From contig OZ024745.1 of the NCBI GenBank assembly GCA_964016885.1, positions 11,656,001-11,720,000 of the forward strand: a DNA stretch of 64,000 bases, given 5' to 3'. The position numbers were made by a program, and so were the translations under genes. Below are positions 31,046-45,800 of this stretch, one piece after another. The first letter of the stretch is position 1. The number at the start of each line of letters is the position of its first letter. A model generated the notes under the pieces. The model saw nothing but the letters and a program-made list of their open reading frames with translations, was not told the DNA's origin and made no database searches. The stretch comes from Eledone cirrhosa. Its lineage: Eukaryota.

Positions 31046-31872
31046 GGTTGTTGTTGTGGTTGTTGTTGTGGTTGTTGTTGTTGTTGTTGTTGTAGTTGTT
31101 GTTGTGGTGGTGGTGGTGGTGATTGTTGTTGTGGTGGTGGTGGTGGTGATGATTGTTGTTGTTGTGGTGGTGGTGGTGGTGTGGTGGTGGTGGTTGTGTG
31201 GTGGTGGTGATTGTTGTTGTGGTGGTAGTGGTGATTGTTGTTGTTGTGGTGGTGGTGGTGGTGGTGGTGATTGTTGTTGTGGTGGTGGTGGTGATTGTTG
31301 TTGTGGTGGTGGTGGTGGTGGTGGTGATTGTTGTTGTGGTGGTGGTGGTGGTGGTGGTGATTGTTGTTGTTGTTGTGGTGGTGGTGATTGTTGTTGTGGT
31401 GGTGGTGGTGATTGTTGTTGTGGTGGTGGTGGTGGTGGTGATTGTTGTTGTTGTGGTGGTGGTGGTGGTGATTGTTGTTGTGGTGGTGGTGGTGGTGGTG
31501 ATTGTTGTTGTTGTTGTTGTGGTGGTGGTGGTGGTGGTGGTGGTGGTGATTGTTGTTGTTGTGGTGGTGGTGGTGGTGTGGTGGTGGTGTGGTGGTGGTG
31601 GTGGTGATTGTTGCTGTGGTGAGTGTGATGGTGGTGTGGTGGTGGTGATTGTTGTTGTTGTGGTGGTGGTGGTGGTGTGGTGGTGGTGGTGTGGTGGTGG
31701 TTTGGTGGTGGTGTGGTGGTGGTGTGGTGGTGGTGGTGGTGACTGTTGTTGTGGTGGTGGTGGTGGTGATTGTTGTTGTAGTTGTTGTGGTGGTGGTGGT
31801 GGTTGTGATTGTTGTTGTTGTTGTTGTTGTTGTGGTTGCTGCTGTTGTTATTGTTGTTGTTGTTGATGTGGC

Positions 31873-31932
<60 letters not shown>

Positions 31933-31955
31933 CACTGCTGTTGTTGTCACTGTCA
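30783..31955. repeat. Compound (GGT)n/(GTT)n trinucleotide repeat with a gat-(tgt)n-(ggt)n superperiod
   Basis: Direct reading. Confidence 0.97.
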
Positions 31956-32087
31956 CTGCTGTACTCCCTTCTCTAGAACCAGTCGTCAATATTTTGGTAA
32001 ATGTTACAAAAAAGTAAAACAATATAAAAAACATCAGGAATTGAGATGACACAGATGGATGAAAATACTGATATAATGATAGGTATA

Positions 32088-32450
32088 GTGGTGGTGGTGG
32101 TGGTGGTGGTGGTGGTGGTGGTGTTAATGGTGGTGGTGGTGGTGGTGGTGGTGGTGGTGGTGGTGGTGGTGGTGGTGGTGGTGGTGGTGGTGGTGGTGGT
32201 GGTGGTGTTAATGGTGGTGGTGGTGGTGGTGTTATGTGTTTGTGTGTGTGTGTGTATACGTGTGTATGTGTGTATGTGTGTGTGTAGTGTGATGTGTTTG
32301 TGTGTGTATGCGTGTGCGTGTATGTGTGGTGTGATATGTTTGTGTGTGTGTGTGTGGTGTGTGTGATGTGTTTGTTTGTGTGTGCGTGTGCGGTGTGTGT
32401 GATATGTTTGTTTGTGTATGTGTGTGTGTGTATGTGCGTGTGTAAGTGAG
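32088..32450. repeat. (GTG)n then (GT)n microsatellites
   Basis: Direct reading. Confidence 0.93.
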
Positions 32451-32573
32451 TGTGAGAGAGAGGGATGAGGAAGGGGAGAATGATACAGTAATAGAGGTTG
32501 TTAGCTGTTTATTTATAAAAGAGAGAAACGGAATAAAAATGGAAAAATATGAAGAGAGAAAGAAGAGTGCCTC

Positions 32574-32664
<91 letters not shown>

Positions 32665-32780
32665 GCAGAGGTTATATTTAATTTAAAATTTGTTATAACT
32701 GATATAAAGCACTCAACAATTGTTGGAGTAAATATACAATATATTAATAAATGGAAACAATATTTATAAAACCATATTTA

Positions 32781-32842
32781 TTTTATTATACATATTTCAA
32801 GGGCAACCAAGGCAAATTATGGTGCGCTTTCATCAGATAAAA
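32781..32842 (-). ncRNA. Type I hammerhead ribozyme motif
   Basis: Minus strand: ttttat CTGATGA aagcgcacc..ggttgccctt GAAA tatgta TA ataaaa. Confidence 0.82.
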
Positions 32843-33073
32843 TACAGATTTGTTTTATAAATAAATATTGACATACCCGGAATCACCTTCTTCCAACAGT
32901 TTAATTTAAATAAACCGTTATCTTTTCAACCTTTCGGACACTCATTTGCATACTCACTCATAACTTTGTATCACCCTCAATAAATGTAATATCTCCACTA
33001 TCCAGGAAGCTCCAACCGTTAAGGTTGTCTTTTTTCCGGGTATGTCAATATTTATTTATAAAACAAATCTGTA

Positions 33074-33135
33074 TTTTATCTGATGAAAGCGCACCATAAT
33101 TTGCCTTGGTTGCCCTTGAAATAGGTATAATAAAA
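33074..33135 (+). ncRNA. Type I hammerhead ribozyme motif (mirror copy)
   Basis: ttttat CTGATGA aagcgcacc..ggttgccctt GAAA taggta TA ataaaa. Confidence 0.8.
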
Positions 33136-33175
33136 TAAATATGGTTTTATAAATATAGTTTCCTTTTATTAATAT

Positions 33176-33254
<79 letters not shown>

Positions 33255-33258
<4 letters not shown>

Positions 33259-33558
33259 ATACTTTGGGAGGGTCATGTTGCCAATAAGAAACACACGCAC
33301 CAGTTGCTTTCACTTCAATTTATTATATATTTATAAATTCATAAATTTACAAATCTACAAACTTATAAATTATAAATTTCTGGTTGGTTGGTTGGTTCCA
33401 CAACCAGATAGTTGTTTATATATATAGTCATAGTCCTTTAGTCACACACTCTGTGACCTCTTCAGTGACTGGGGATTCCTTTCTTCGTTTCTGTGCCTTT
33501 TCTTTCTTCTATCCTACGCCATTTTGTTTTGGCAACATGACCCTCCCAAAGTATAACA
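33255..33558. mobile_element. 304-bp non-autonomous element with 30-bp perfect TIRs (TGT...ACA) and an ATAT flank on both sides
   Basis: tgttatactttgggagggtcatgttgccaa / ttggcaacatgaccctcccaaagtataaca; atat at 33251-33254 and 33559-33562. Confidence 0.8.
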
Positions 33559-33616
33559 ATATCGGTTTCAACACACGATTTCAGATAAAGAATCTTGCTA
33601 AACAAATTCAGAAACG

Positions 33617-33650
<34 letters not shown>

Positions 33651-33829
33651 GCTGAGGCACTCGTTATTTTTCATTCAGAGGATTTTTAAAAATCCCAACT
33701 AACAGACTAATTCTATTTAGTCAAATATGCCGTAAGCACACGTTACTACCTAATATTCAAATTCGCTAGCTGTTTCTAAACAAAGCCTGCTTTGTGCCCC
33801 TCTTTATATATATATATATATTAATCAGT

Positions 33830-34123
33830 ATACACTGAGGATGAATAACTCAAATATGTACGGGAGCCTCCCAAAAGTCAGCTCGAGATGTCGATGTCGG
33901 TTAACTGGACATGCTAACCGACATCCAGAGTTGACACTGCACTCAGTGCTCTTGTGGGAGCCCCTGCATGGACACACTAGAGGAGGAAGACTGAGGTTAA
34001 CATATGTTGATGTCCTAAGGACAGACACTGGTCTCTTGGAGACGCAGGATATGGCAGCGATAATGAGGGACAGAGACCGCTGGAGAGAACTCGTCCATGG
34101 ATCTCGGGAATTTTACCCGCCCT

Positions 34124-34125
<2 letters not shown>
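33830..34125 (+). mobile_element. 3' fragment of a second RTE-type LINE family
   Basis: YGSLPKVS..RLTGHANRHPE..VLLWEPLHG..TYVDVLRTDTGL..MRDRDRWR resembles an RTE ORF C-terminus; (TA)n on both sides. Confidence 0.7.
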
Positions 34126-34203
<78 letters not shown>

Positions 34204-35283
34204 TTTAGTACAGCATTAACGAAGCTTTAGGCTGCGGCCAAGCTAACGAATGCAAATTCGGTATGTAGCTTTAGCACTCGATAGGGAATAGTACCCCAGA
34301 GTAATAACAATACGTTTAGACAGCTTTGCAAATCAAATATAGCGATCGGCAGTCCAGCCGCATTGCCATAGCAACGAAAAAGTAAAAATCTATTTGAGGA
34401 ATTAACAAAACGAAGGGAGACTAATGAGAAATAGAAGTGGCGAGTTCTGGGAGTGACAGAGAGATTGGAAGTAAATAGATTCCTGCCGTTTTTAACAGTC
34501 AAAATACTGGTTGTTCGGTCAACTAAACCACCTACATATTTAATTGTAGTAGAAATGGCTAAGTATTCCGCAGTATCGCACTCTAGTCGTCACTCGCAAT
34601 CAATTATGATATTGTAGTGCACGTATCTGGTCTGCCTTCATAAAGATGCCTATGAAGTAGGCACATGTATAGTGTGATATCGCTGGAATCAGTGGCACAT
34701 CCAGGAGGTGACAGCTAGAAGGAGAGAGGGCTGCATCAGACCAACATTAGAATGCTACTTTCTTCGTTGACTCGTAAACAACAAAAGGTAAAGTGAATCT
34801 CGGTGGGATTTGAACTCGGACTTCAGAGACACGAAACAAACAACGATCTAATGACTACCAAATCGACAACCTGTAAAAACACGTACATTTAACATTCCTC
34901 CTGTTTTTAACGGAGTTCTGGTCTTCGCATGATTTGGTCCATTCTAAATATGGAAATATTGTGGCTTTACTTAACAATTGTGAATTGTTTAATGATTATA
35001 AATCGGATAGAATCTGTTCTTAAGCCATGGATCTCAGACAGAATCAGCGTGGTAGAGTGTGTGATAAGACTGGACAGTAAAAGTACAATTACAGTCCCAC
35101 AAGTTTTCTCACAGTTGCCCTCTACTTAATTTAACTGTCAATTAAATTATAAACACTACATATGTATTGCGTCCTTTATTCGGTGAATGTTCGTTGTTGG
35201 TTTGTTTTTTTTACATATAAAAGCATTTACTTTTAACTGTATTAAATAATATCGATGCCGCAATCAATCGAGTCATCACTAGT

Positions 35284-35309
35284 GTCACGTGGTCACGTGG
35301 TCACGTGAC
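35284..35309. promoter_or_regulatory. Triple tandem E-box (GTCACGTG)x3 ending in the palindrome GTCACGTGAC
   Basis: gtcacgtggtcacgtggtcacgtgac in unique sequence; function not shown. Confidence 0.35.
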
Positions 35310-35748
35310 TGCAACGGGTCGTTAGTATTGCTGTTACCAAAGTTACCTTTACAAAAGAAAGCTATCTCTAGTAGAGAAGAGCACATCGTACGTAGATGTG
35401 GGGTTATCTCAAATGTCAAGTCGACTACTGGAGTGAGATCACTTGTGATGATATTATCCTCATTGCCAAGTTCATCTCTGTAGAAGTAATGTTGAAGAAG
35501 TCGTTGTAATATCAACAGAGAGATTTATCTTCCGTGGAAGATTTATCATTGTGTGTGTGTGTATATGTGTGTGTGTGTATGTGTGTGTGTGTGTGTGTGT
35601 GTTTATCATTGTTCTGCAGTTAAAGTCAATAAAGAAGGGGAAAGGAACAGAAAGGAACATTATTCGTTTTTCTATTGTACGAGAGTCGAGTTACTCAGTA
35701 TTTCACTAATATGCTATGGATAATCGATACAATAAGATGGCTAAACAT

Positions 35749-35817
<69 letters not shown>

Positions 35818-35836
35818 ACGTTTGGGTTAAATGTGT

Positions 35837-35923
35837 ATGTGTGAAGTATGCTTGAAATGGACAAACAGACAGACGGGGAGATGTGTGAAGTATGCTTGAA
35901 ATGGACAAACAGACAGACGGGGG
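35837..35923. repeat. Short tandem duplication (about 43-bp period)
   Basis: atgtgtgaagtatgcttgaaatggacaaacagacagacgggg occurs twice. Confidence 0.9.
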
Positions 35924-36048
35924 AGACAGAGAGGGCGACCAAGGAGAGAGAAAGGTATGGATTGAGAATGAAACAGTAAAGCAAATAGAGAAAATAGGAA
36001 TTATATGGGAAAAAGAAAGAATGTGTGTGTGTTTAGATTGGAAGAAAC

Positions 36049-36279
<231 letters not shown>

Positions 36280-36833
36280 TGTGTATGAGTGTCAGGGGAG
36301 AAATGAAAGAGAGAAAGAAAGGTAAAATAAAATGAGAGTGGACAAGAGAAGGTAGAATTGCCTATATTTTCTTGCTGATAATGGCGGTGGGATCCACCTG
36401 TACGTGTCAATAGTGTTCAATCGCAGTTATTAATGTAAGGTCATTGATCTAAGGTGATTGATCTAAGAGGTATCCACGATTCAAACTTAGATAATACATA
36501 TGATAAAACGTTATATTTACAGGAATGTGTCACCTAAGAAAGGCGCCATTAACAACACTATCACAACCATCAGCATCTCATACACACACACATATACACG
36601 CACACATATACTCACACACACACACATATATACTCACATTCACACACACACTCACACACATATACTCACATACACACACAGCACATACTCACATATATTA
36701 GAATATATATATATACATATATTAAAATATATGTATGTGTGTGTGAATGTGTGTGTGTGTGTGTGTGTGTATACATATATGTATGTGTATGGTATTTATG
36801 ACCTACAAAACAAATATTTAACAAAAGATATCG

Positions 36834-39800
36834 ACCAAACTTACAGTCGTTACCATTACTACAACAGTCAACACTAACCTACCAAACTTACAGTCGTTAC
36901 CATCACTACTACAGTCAACACTAAACCTACCAAACTTACAGTCGTTACCATCACTACAAGAGTCAACACTAACCTACCAAACTTACAGTCGTTACCATCA
37001 CTACAACAGTCAACACTAAACCTACCAAACTTACAGTCGTTACCAACACTACTACAGTCAACACTAAACCTACCAAACTTACAGTCGTTACCATCACTAC
37101 AACAGTCAACACTAAACCTACAAACTTACAGTTGTTACCATCACTACAACAGTCAACAATAAACCTACCAAACTTACAGTCGTTACCATCACTACGACAG
37201 TCAACACTAAACCTACCAAACTTACAGTCGTTACCATCACTACTACAGTCAACACTAAACCTACCAAACTACAGTCGTTACCATCACTACTACAGTCAAC
37301 ACTAAACCTACCAAACTTACAGTCGTTACCATCACTACAAACAGTCAACACTAAACCTACCAAACTTACAGTCGTTAACCATCACTACTACAGTCAACAC
37401 TAAACCTACCAAACTTACAGTCGTTACCATCACTACAACAGTCAACACTAACCTACCAAACTTACAGTCGTTACCATCACTACAACAGTCAACACTAAAC
37501 CTACCAAACTTACAGTCGTTACTATCACTACTACAGTCAACACTAAACCTACCAAACTTACAGTCGTTACCATCACTACTACAGTCAACACTAAACCTAC
37601 CAAACTTACAGTCGTTACCATCACTACTACAGTCAAAACTAAACCTACCAAATTTACAGTCGTTACTATCACTACAACAGTCAACACTAAACTACCAAAC
37701 TTACAGTCGTTACCATCACTAGTACAGTCAACACTAAACCTACCAAACTTACAGTCGTTACCATCACTACTACAGTCAACACAAAACCTACAACACTTAC
37801 AGTCGTTACCATCACTAATACAGTCAACACTAAACCTACCAAACTTAGAGTCGTTACATCACTACAACAGTCAACACTAAACCTACCAAATTTACAGTCG
37901 TTACTATCACTACTACAGTCAAAACTAACCTACCAAATTTACAGTCATTACTATCACTACAACAGTCAACACTAAACCTACCAAACTTACAGTCGTTACC
38001 ATCACTACTACAGTCAACACTAAACATACCAAACTTACAGTCGTTACCATCACTACAACAGTCAACACTAAACCTACCAAACTTACAGTCGTTACCATCA
38101 CTACAACAGTCAACACTAAACCTACCAAACTTACAGTCGTTACCATCACTACAACAGTCAACACTAAAACTACCAAACTTACAGTCGTTACCATCACTAC
38201 TACAGTCAACACTAAACCTACCAAACTTACAGTCGTTACTATCACTACAACAGTCAACACTAAACCTACCAAACTTACAGTCGTTACTAACACTACAACA
38301 GTCAACACTAAACCTACCAAACTTACAGTCGTTACCATCACTACAACAGTCAACACTAAACCTACCAAATTTACAGTCGTTACTATCACTACAACAGTCA
38401 ACACTAAACCTACCAAACTTACAGTCGTTACCGTCACTATTACAGTCAACACTAAACCTACCAAACTTACAGTCGTTACCATCACTACTACAGTCAACAC
38501 TAAACCTACCAAACTTACAGTCGTTACCATCACTACTACAGTCAACACTAAAACTACCAAACTTACAGTCGTTACCATCACTACTACAGTCAACACTAAA
38601 ACTACCAAACTTACAGTCGTTACCATCACTACAACAGTCAACACTAAACCTACCAAATTTACAGTCGTTACTATCACTACAACAGTCAACACTAAACCTA
38701 CCAAACTTACAGTCGTTACCATCATAACTACAGTCAACACTAAACCTACCAAACTTACAGTCGTGACCATCACTACTACAGTCAACACTAAAACTACCAA
38801 ACTTACAGTCGTTACCATCACTACTACAGTCAACACTAAAACTACCAAACTTACAGTCGTTACCATCACTACTACAGTCAACACTAAAACTACCAAACTT
38901 ACAGTCGTTACCATCACTACTACAGTCAACACTAAACCTACCAAACTTACAGTCGTTACCATCACTACTACAGTCAACACTAAACCTACCAAACTTACAG
39001 TCGTTACAATCACTACTACAGTCAACACTAAACCTACCAAACTTACAGTCGTTACCATCACTACTACAGTCAACACTAAAACTACCAAACTTACAGTCGT
39101 TACTATCACTACTACAGTCAACACTAAACCTACCAAACTTACAGTCGTTACCATCACTACTACAGTCAACACTAAACCTACCAAACTTACAGTCGTTACC
39201 ATCACTACTACAGTCAACACTAAACCTACCAAACTTACAGTCGTTACCATCACTAATACAGTCAACACTAAACCTACCAAACTTAGAGTCGTTACCATCA
39301 CTACAACAGTCAACACTAAACCTACCAAATTTACAGTCGTTACCATCACTACTACAGTCAAAACTAAACCTACCAAATTTACAGTCATTACTATCACTAC
39401 TACAGTCAACACTAAACCTACCAAACTTACAGTCGTTACCATCACTACTACAGTCAACACTAAACATACCAAACTTACAGTCGTTACCATCACTACTACA
39501 GTCAACACTAAACATACCAAACTTACAGTCGTTACCATCACTACTACAGTCAACACTAAAACTACCAAACTTACAGTCGTTACTATCACTACTACAGTCA
39601 ACACTAAACCTACCAAACTTACAGTCGTTGCCATCACTACTACAGTCAACACTAAACCTACCAAACTTACAGTCGTTACCATCACTACAACAGTCAACAC
39701 TAAACCTACCAAACTTACAGTCGTTACCATCACTACTACAGTCAACACTAGACCTACCAAACTTACAGTCGTTACCATCACTACAACAGTCAACACTAAA

Positions 39801-42800
39801 CCTACCAAACTTACAGTCGTTACCATCACTACAACAGTCAACACTAAACCTACCAAACTTACAGTCGTTACCATCACTACTACAGTCAACACTAAACCTA
39901 CCAAACTTACAGTCGTTACCATCACTACTACAGTCAACACTAAAACTACCAAACTTACAGTCGTTACCATCACTACTACAGTCAACACTAAAATTACCAA
40001 ACTTACAGTCGTTACCATCACTACAACAGTCAACACTAAACCTACCAAACTTACAGTCGTTAACATCACTACTACAGTCAACACTAAACCTACCAAACTT
40101 ACAGTCGTTACCATCACTACTACAGTCAACACTAAAACTACCAAACTTACAGTCGTTACCATCACTACAACAGTCAACACTAAACCTACCAAACTTACAG
40201 TCGTTACCATCACTACAACAGTCAACACTAAACCTACCAAACTTACAGTCGTTACCATCACTACAACAGTCAACACTAAACCTACCAAACTTACAGTCGT
40301 TACCATCACTACTACAGTCAACACTAAACCTACCAAACTTACAGTCGTTACTATCACTACAACAGTCAACACTAAACCTACCAAACTTACTGTCGTTACC
40401 ATCACTACTACAGTCAACACTAAACCTACCAAACTTACAGTCGTTACCATCACTACAACAGTCAACACTAAACCTACCAAACTTACAGTCGTTACTATCA
40501 CTACAACAGTCAACACTAAACCTACCAAACTTACAGTCGTTACCATCACTACTACAGTCAACACTAAACCTACCAAACTTACAGTCGTTACCATCACTAC
40601 AACAGTCAACACTAAACCTACCAAACTTACAGTTGTTACCATCACTACTACAGTCAACACTAAAACTACCAAACTTACAGTCGTTACCATCACTAATACA
40701 GTCAACACTAAAACTACCAAACTTACAGTCGTTACCATCACTACTACAGTCAACACTAAACCTACCAAACTTAGTCGTTACCATCACTACTACAGTCAAC
40801 ACTAAACCTACCAAACTTACAGTCGTTACCAACACTACTACAGTCAACACTAAAACTACCAAACTTACAGTCGTTACCATCACTACAACAGTCAACACTA
40901 AAACTACCAAACTTACAGTCGTTACCATCACTACAACAGTCAACACTAAACCTACCAAACTTACAGTCGTTACCATCACTACAACAGTCAACACTAAACC
41001 TACCAAACTTACAGTCGTTACCATCACTACTACAGTCAACACTAAACCTACTAAACTTACAGTCGTTACTATCACTACAACAGTCAACACTAAACCTACC
41101 AAACTTACTGTCGTTACCATCACTACTACAGTCAACACTAAACCTACCAAACTTACAGTCGTTACCCTCACTACAACAGTCAACACTAAACCTACCAAAC
41201 TTACAGTCGTTACTATCACTACAACAGTCAACACTAAACCTACCAAACTTACAGTCGTTACCATCACTACTACAGTCAACACTAAACCTACCAAACTTAC
41301 AGTCGTTACCATCACTACAACAGTCAACACTAAACCTACCAAACTTACAGTCGTTACCATCACTACAACAGTCAACACTAAACCTACCAAACTTACAGTC
41401 GTTACCATCACTACTACAGTCAACACTAAAACTACCAAACTTACAGTCGTTACCATCACTAATACAGTCAACACTAAAACTACCAAACTTACAGTCGTTA
41501 CCATCACTACTACAGTCAACACTAAACCTACCAAACTTAGTCGTTACCATCACTACTACAGTCAACACTAAACCTACCAAACTTACAGTCGTTACCAACA
41601 CTACTACAGTCAACACTAAAACTACCAAACTTACAGTCGTTACCATCACTACAACAGTCAACAGTAAAACTACCAAACTTACAGTCGTTACCATCACTAC
41701 AACAGTCAACACTAAACCTACCAAACTTACAGTCGTTACCATCACTACAACAGTCAACACTAAACCTACCAAACTTACAGTCGTTACCATCACTACTACA
41801 GTCAACACTAAACCTACCAAACTTACAGTCGTTACTATCACTACAACAGTCAACACTAAACCTACCAAACTTACAGTCGTTACCATCACTACTACAGTCA
41901 ACACTAAACCTACCAAACTTACAGTCGTTACCATCACTACAACAGTCAACACTAAACCTACCAAACTTACAGTCGTTACCATCAATACTACAGTGAACAC
42001 TAAACCTACCAAACTTACAGTCGTTACCATCACTACAACATTCAACACTAAACCTACCAAACTTACAGTCGTTACCATCACTACTACAGTCAACACTAAA
42101 CCTACCAAACTTACAGTCGTTACCATCACTACAACAGTCAACACTAAACCTACCAAACTTACAGTCGTTACCATCACTACTACAGTCGACACTAAACCTA
42201 CCAAACTTACAGTCGTTACCATCACTACTACAGTCAACACTAAACCTACCAAACTTACAGTCGTTACCATCACTACAACAGTCAACACTAAACCTACCAA
42301 ACTTACAGTCGTTACCATCACTACAACAGTCAACACTAAACCTACCAAACTTACAGTCGTTACCATCACTACAACAGTCAACACTAAACCTACCAAAACT
42401 TACAGTCGTTACCATCACTACTACAGTCAACACTAAAACTACCAAACTTACAGTCGTTACCATCACTACAACAGTCAACACTAAACCTACCAAACTTACA
42501 GTCGTTACCATCACTACAACAGTCAACACTAAACCTACCAAACTTACAGTCGTTACCATCACTACAACAGTCAACACTAAACCTACCAAACTTACAGTCG
42601 TTACCATCACTACTACAGTCAACACTAAACCTACCAAACTTACAGTCGTTACTATCACTACAACAGTCAACACTAAACCTACCAAACTTACAGTCGTTAC
42701 TATCACTACAACAGTCAACACTAAACCTACCAAACTTACAGTCGTTACCATCACTACTACAGTCAACACTAAACCTACCAAACTTACAGTCGTTACCATC

Positions 42801-45800
42801 ACTACAACAGTCAACACTAAACCTACCAAACTTACAGTCGTTACTATCACTACAACAGTCAACACTAAACCTACCAAACTTACAGTCGTTACCATCACTA
42901 CTACAGTCAACACTAAACCTACCAAACTTACAGTCGTTACCATCACTACAACAGTCAACACTAAACCTACCAAACTTACAGTCGTTACCATCACTACAAC
43001 AGTCAACACTAAACCTACCAAACTTACAGTAGTTACCATCACTACTACAGTCAACAATAAACCTACCAAACTTACAGTCGTTACCATCACTACTACAGTC
43101 AACACTAAACCTACCAAACTTACAGTCGTTACCATCACTACTACAGTCAACACTAAAACTACCAAACTTACAGTCGTTACCATCACTAATACAGTCAACA
43201 CTAAAACTACCAAACTTACAGTCGTTACCATCACTACTACAGTCAACACTAAACCTACCAAACTTAGTCGTTACCATCACTACTACAGTCAACACTAAAC
43301 CTACCAAACTTACAGTCGTTACCAACAATACTACAGTCAACACTAAAACTACCAAACTTACAGTCGTTACCATCACTACAACTGTCAACACTAAACCTAC
43401 CAAACTTACAGTCGTTACCATCACTACAACAGTCAACACTAAACCTACCAAACTTACAGTCGTTACCATCACTACAACAGTCAACACTAAACCTACCAAT
43501 CTTACAGTCGTTACCATCACTACTACAGTCAACACTAAACCTACCAAACTTACAGTCGTTACTATCACTACAACAGTCAACACTAAACCTACCAAACTTA
43601 CAGTCGTTACCATCACTACGACAGTCAACACTAAACCTACCAAACTTACAGTCGTTACCATCACTACAACAGTCAACACTAAACCTACCAAACTTACAGT
43701 CGTTACCATCAATACTACAGTCAACACTAAACCTACCAAACTTACAGTCGTTACCATCACTACAACATTCAACACTAAACCTACCAAACTTACAGTCGTT
43801 ACCATCGCTACTACAGTCAACACTAAACCTACCAAACTTACAGTCGTTACCATCACTACAACAGTCAACACTAAACCTACCAAACTTACAGTCGTTACCA
43901 TCACTACTACAGTCGACACTAAAGCTACCAAACTTACAGTCGTTACCATCACTACTACAGTCAACACTAAACCTACCAAACTTACAGTCGTTACCATCAC
44001 TACAACAGTCAACACTAAACCTACCAAACTTACAGTCGTTATCATCACTACAACAGTCAACACTAAACCTACCAAACTTACAGTCGTTACCATCACTACA
44101 ACAGTCAACACTAAACCTACCAAAACCTACAGTCGTTACCATCACTACTACAGTCAACACTAAAACTACCAAACTTACAGTCGTTACCATCACTACTACA
44201 GTCAACACTAAAACTACCAAACTTACAGTCGTTACCATCACTACTACAGTCAACACTAAACCTACCAAACTTACAGTCGTTACCATCACTACTACAGTCA
44301 ACAATAAACCTACCAAACTTACAGTCGTTACCATCACTACTACAGTCAACACTAAACCTACCAAACTTACAGTCGTTGCCATCACTACTACAGTCAACAC
44401 TAAAACTACCAAACTTACAGTCGTTACCATCACTAATACAGTCAACACTAAAACTACCAAACTTACAGTCGTTACCATCACTACTACAGTCAACACTAAA
44501 CCTACCAAACTTACAGTCGTTACCATCACTACTACAGTCAACACTAAACCTACCAAACTTACAGTCGTTACCATCACTACTACATTCAACACTAAAACTA
44601 GTAAACTTACAGTCGTTACCATCACTACAACAGTCAACATTAAAACTACCAAACTTACAGTCGTTACCATCACTACAACAGTCAACACTAAACCTACCAA
44701 ACTTACAGTCGTTACCATCACTACAACATTTAACACTAAACCTACCAAACTTACAGTCGTTACCATCACTACTACAGTCAACACTAAACCTACCAAACTT
44801 ACAGTCGTTACTATCACTACAACAGTCAACACTAAACCTACCAAACTTACAGTCGTTACCATCACTACTAGAGTCAACACTAAACCTACCAAACTTACAG
44901 TCGTTACCATCACTACTACAGTCAACACTAAACCTACCAAACTTACAGTCGTTACCATCACTACAACAGTCAACACTAAACCTACCAAACTTACAGTCGT
45001 TACTATCACTACAACAGTCAACACTAAACCTACCAAACTTACAGTCGTTCCCATCACTACTACAGTCAACACTAAACCTACCAAACTTACAGTCGTTACT
45101 ACCACTACAACAGTCAACACTAAACCTACCAAACTTACAGTCGTTACCATCACTACAACAGTCAACACTAATCCTACCAAACTTACAGTCGTTACCATCA
45201 CTACAACAGTCAACACTAAACCTACCAAACTTACAGTCGTTACCATCACTACAACAGTCAACACTAAACCTACCAAACTTACAGTCGTTACCATCACTAC
45301 AACAGTCAACATAAACCTACCAAACTTACAGTCGTTACTATCACTACAACAGTCAACACTAAACCTACCAAACTTACAGTCGTTACCATCACTACTACAG
45401 TCAACACTAAACCTACCAAACTTACAGTCGTTACTATCACTACAACAGTCAACACTAAACCTACAAAACTTACAGTCGTTACCATCACTACAACAGTCAA
45501 CACTAAACCTACCAAACTTACAGTCGTTACTATCACTACTACAGTCAACATTAAACCTACCAAACTTACAGCCGTTACCATCACTACAACAGTCAACACT
45601 AAACCTACCAAACTTACAGCCGTTACCATCGCTACAACAGTCAACACTAAACCTACCAAACTTACAGTCGTTACTATAACTACTACAGTCAACATTAAAC
45701 CTACCAAATTTACAGTCGTTACCATCACTACAACAGTCAACACTAAACCTACCAAACTTACAGTCGTTACCATCACTACTACAGTCAACACTAAACCTAC

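Larger units (their letters stand above)
32665..33184. mobile_element. Best-preserved family A fold-back element (tail 32665-32732; arms about 32733-32882 and 33034-33184)
   Basis: About 150-bp inverted repeat; (TA)n on both sides. Confidence 0.88.

Noticed and set aside
30648-32366. Poly-V/G/C/H/Q/T ORFs
   Set aside because: These are translations of GGT/GTT trinucleotide repeats.
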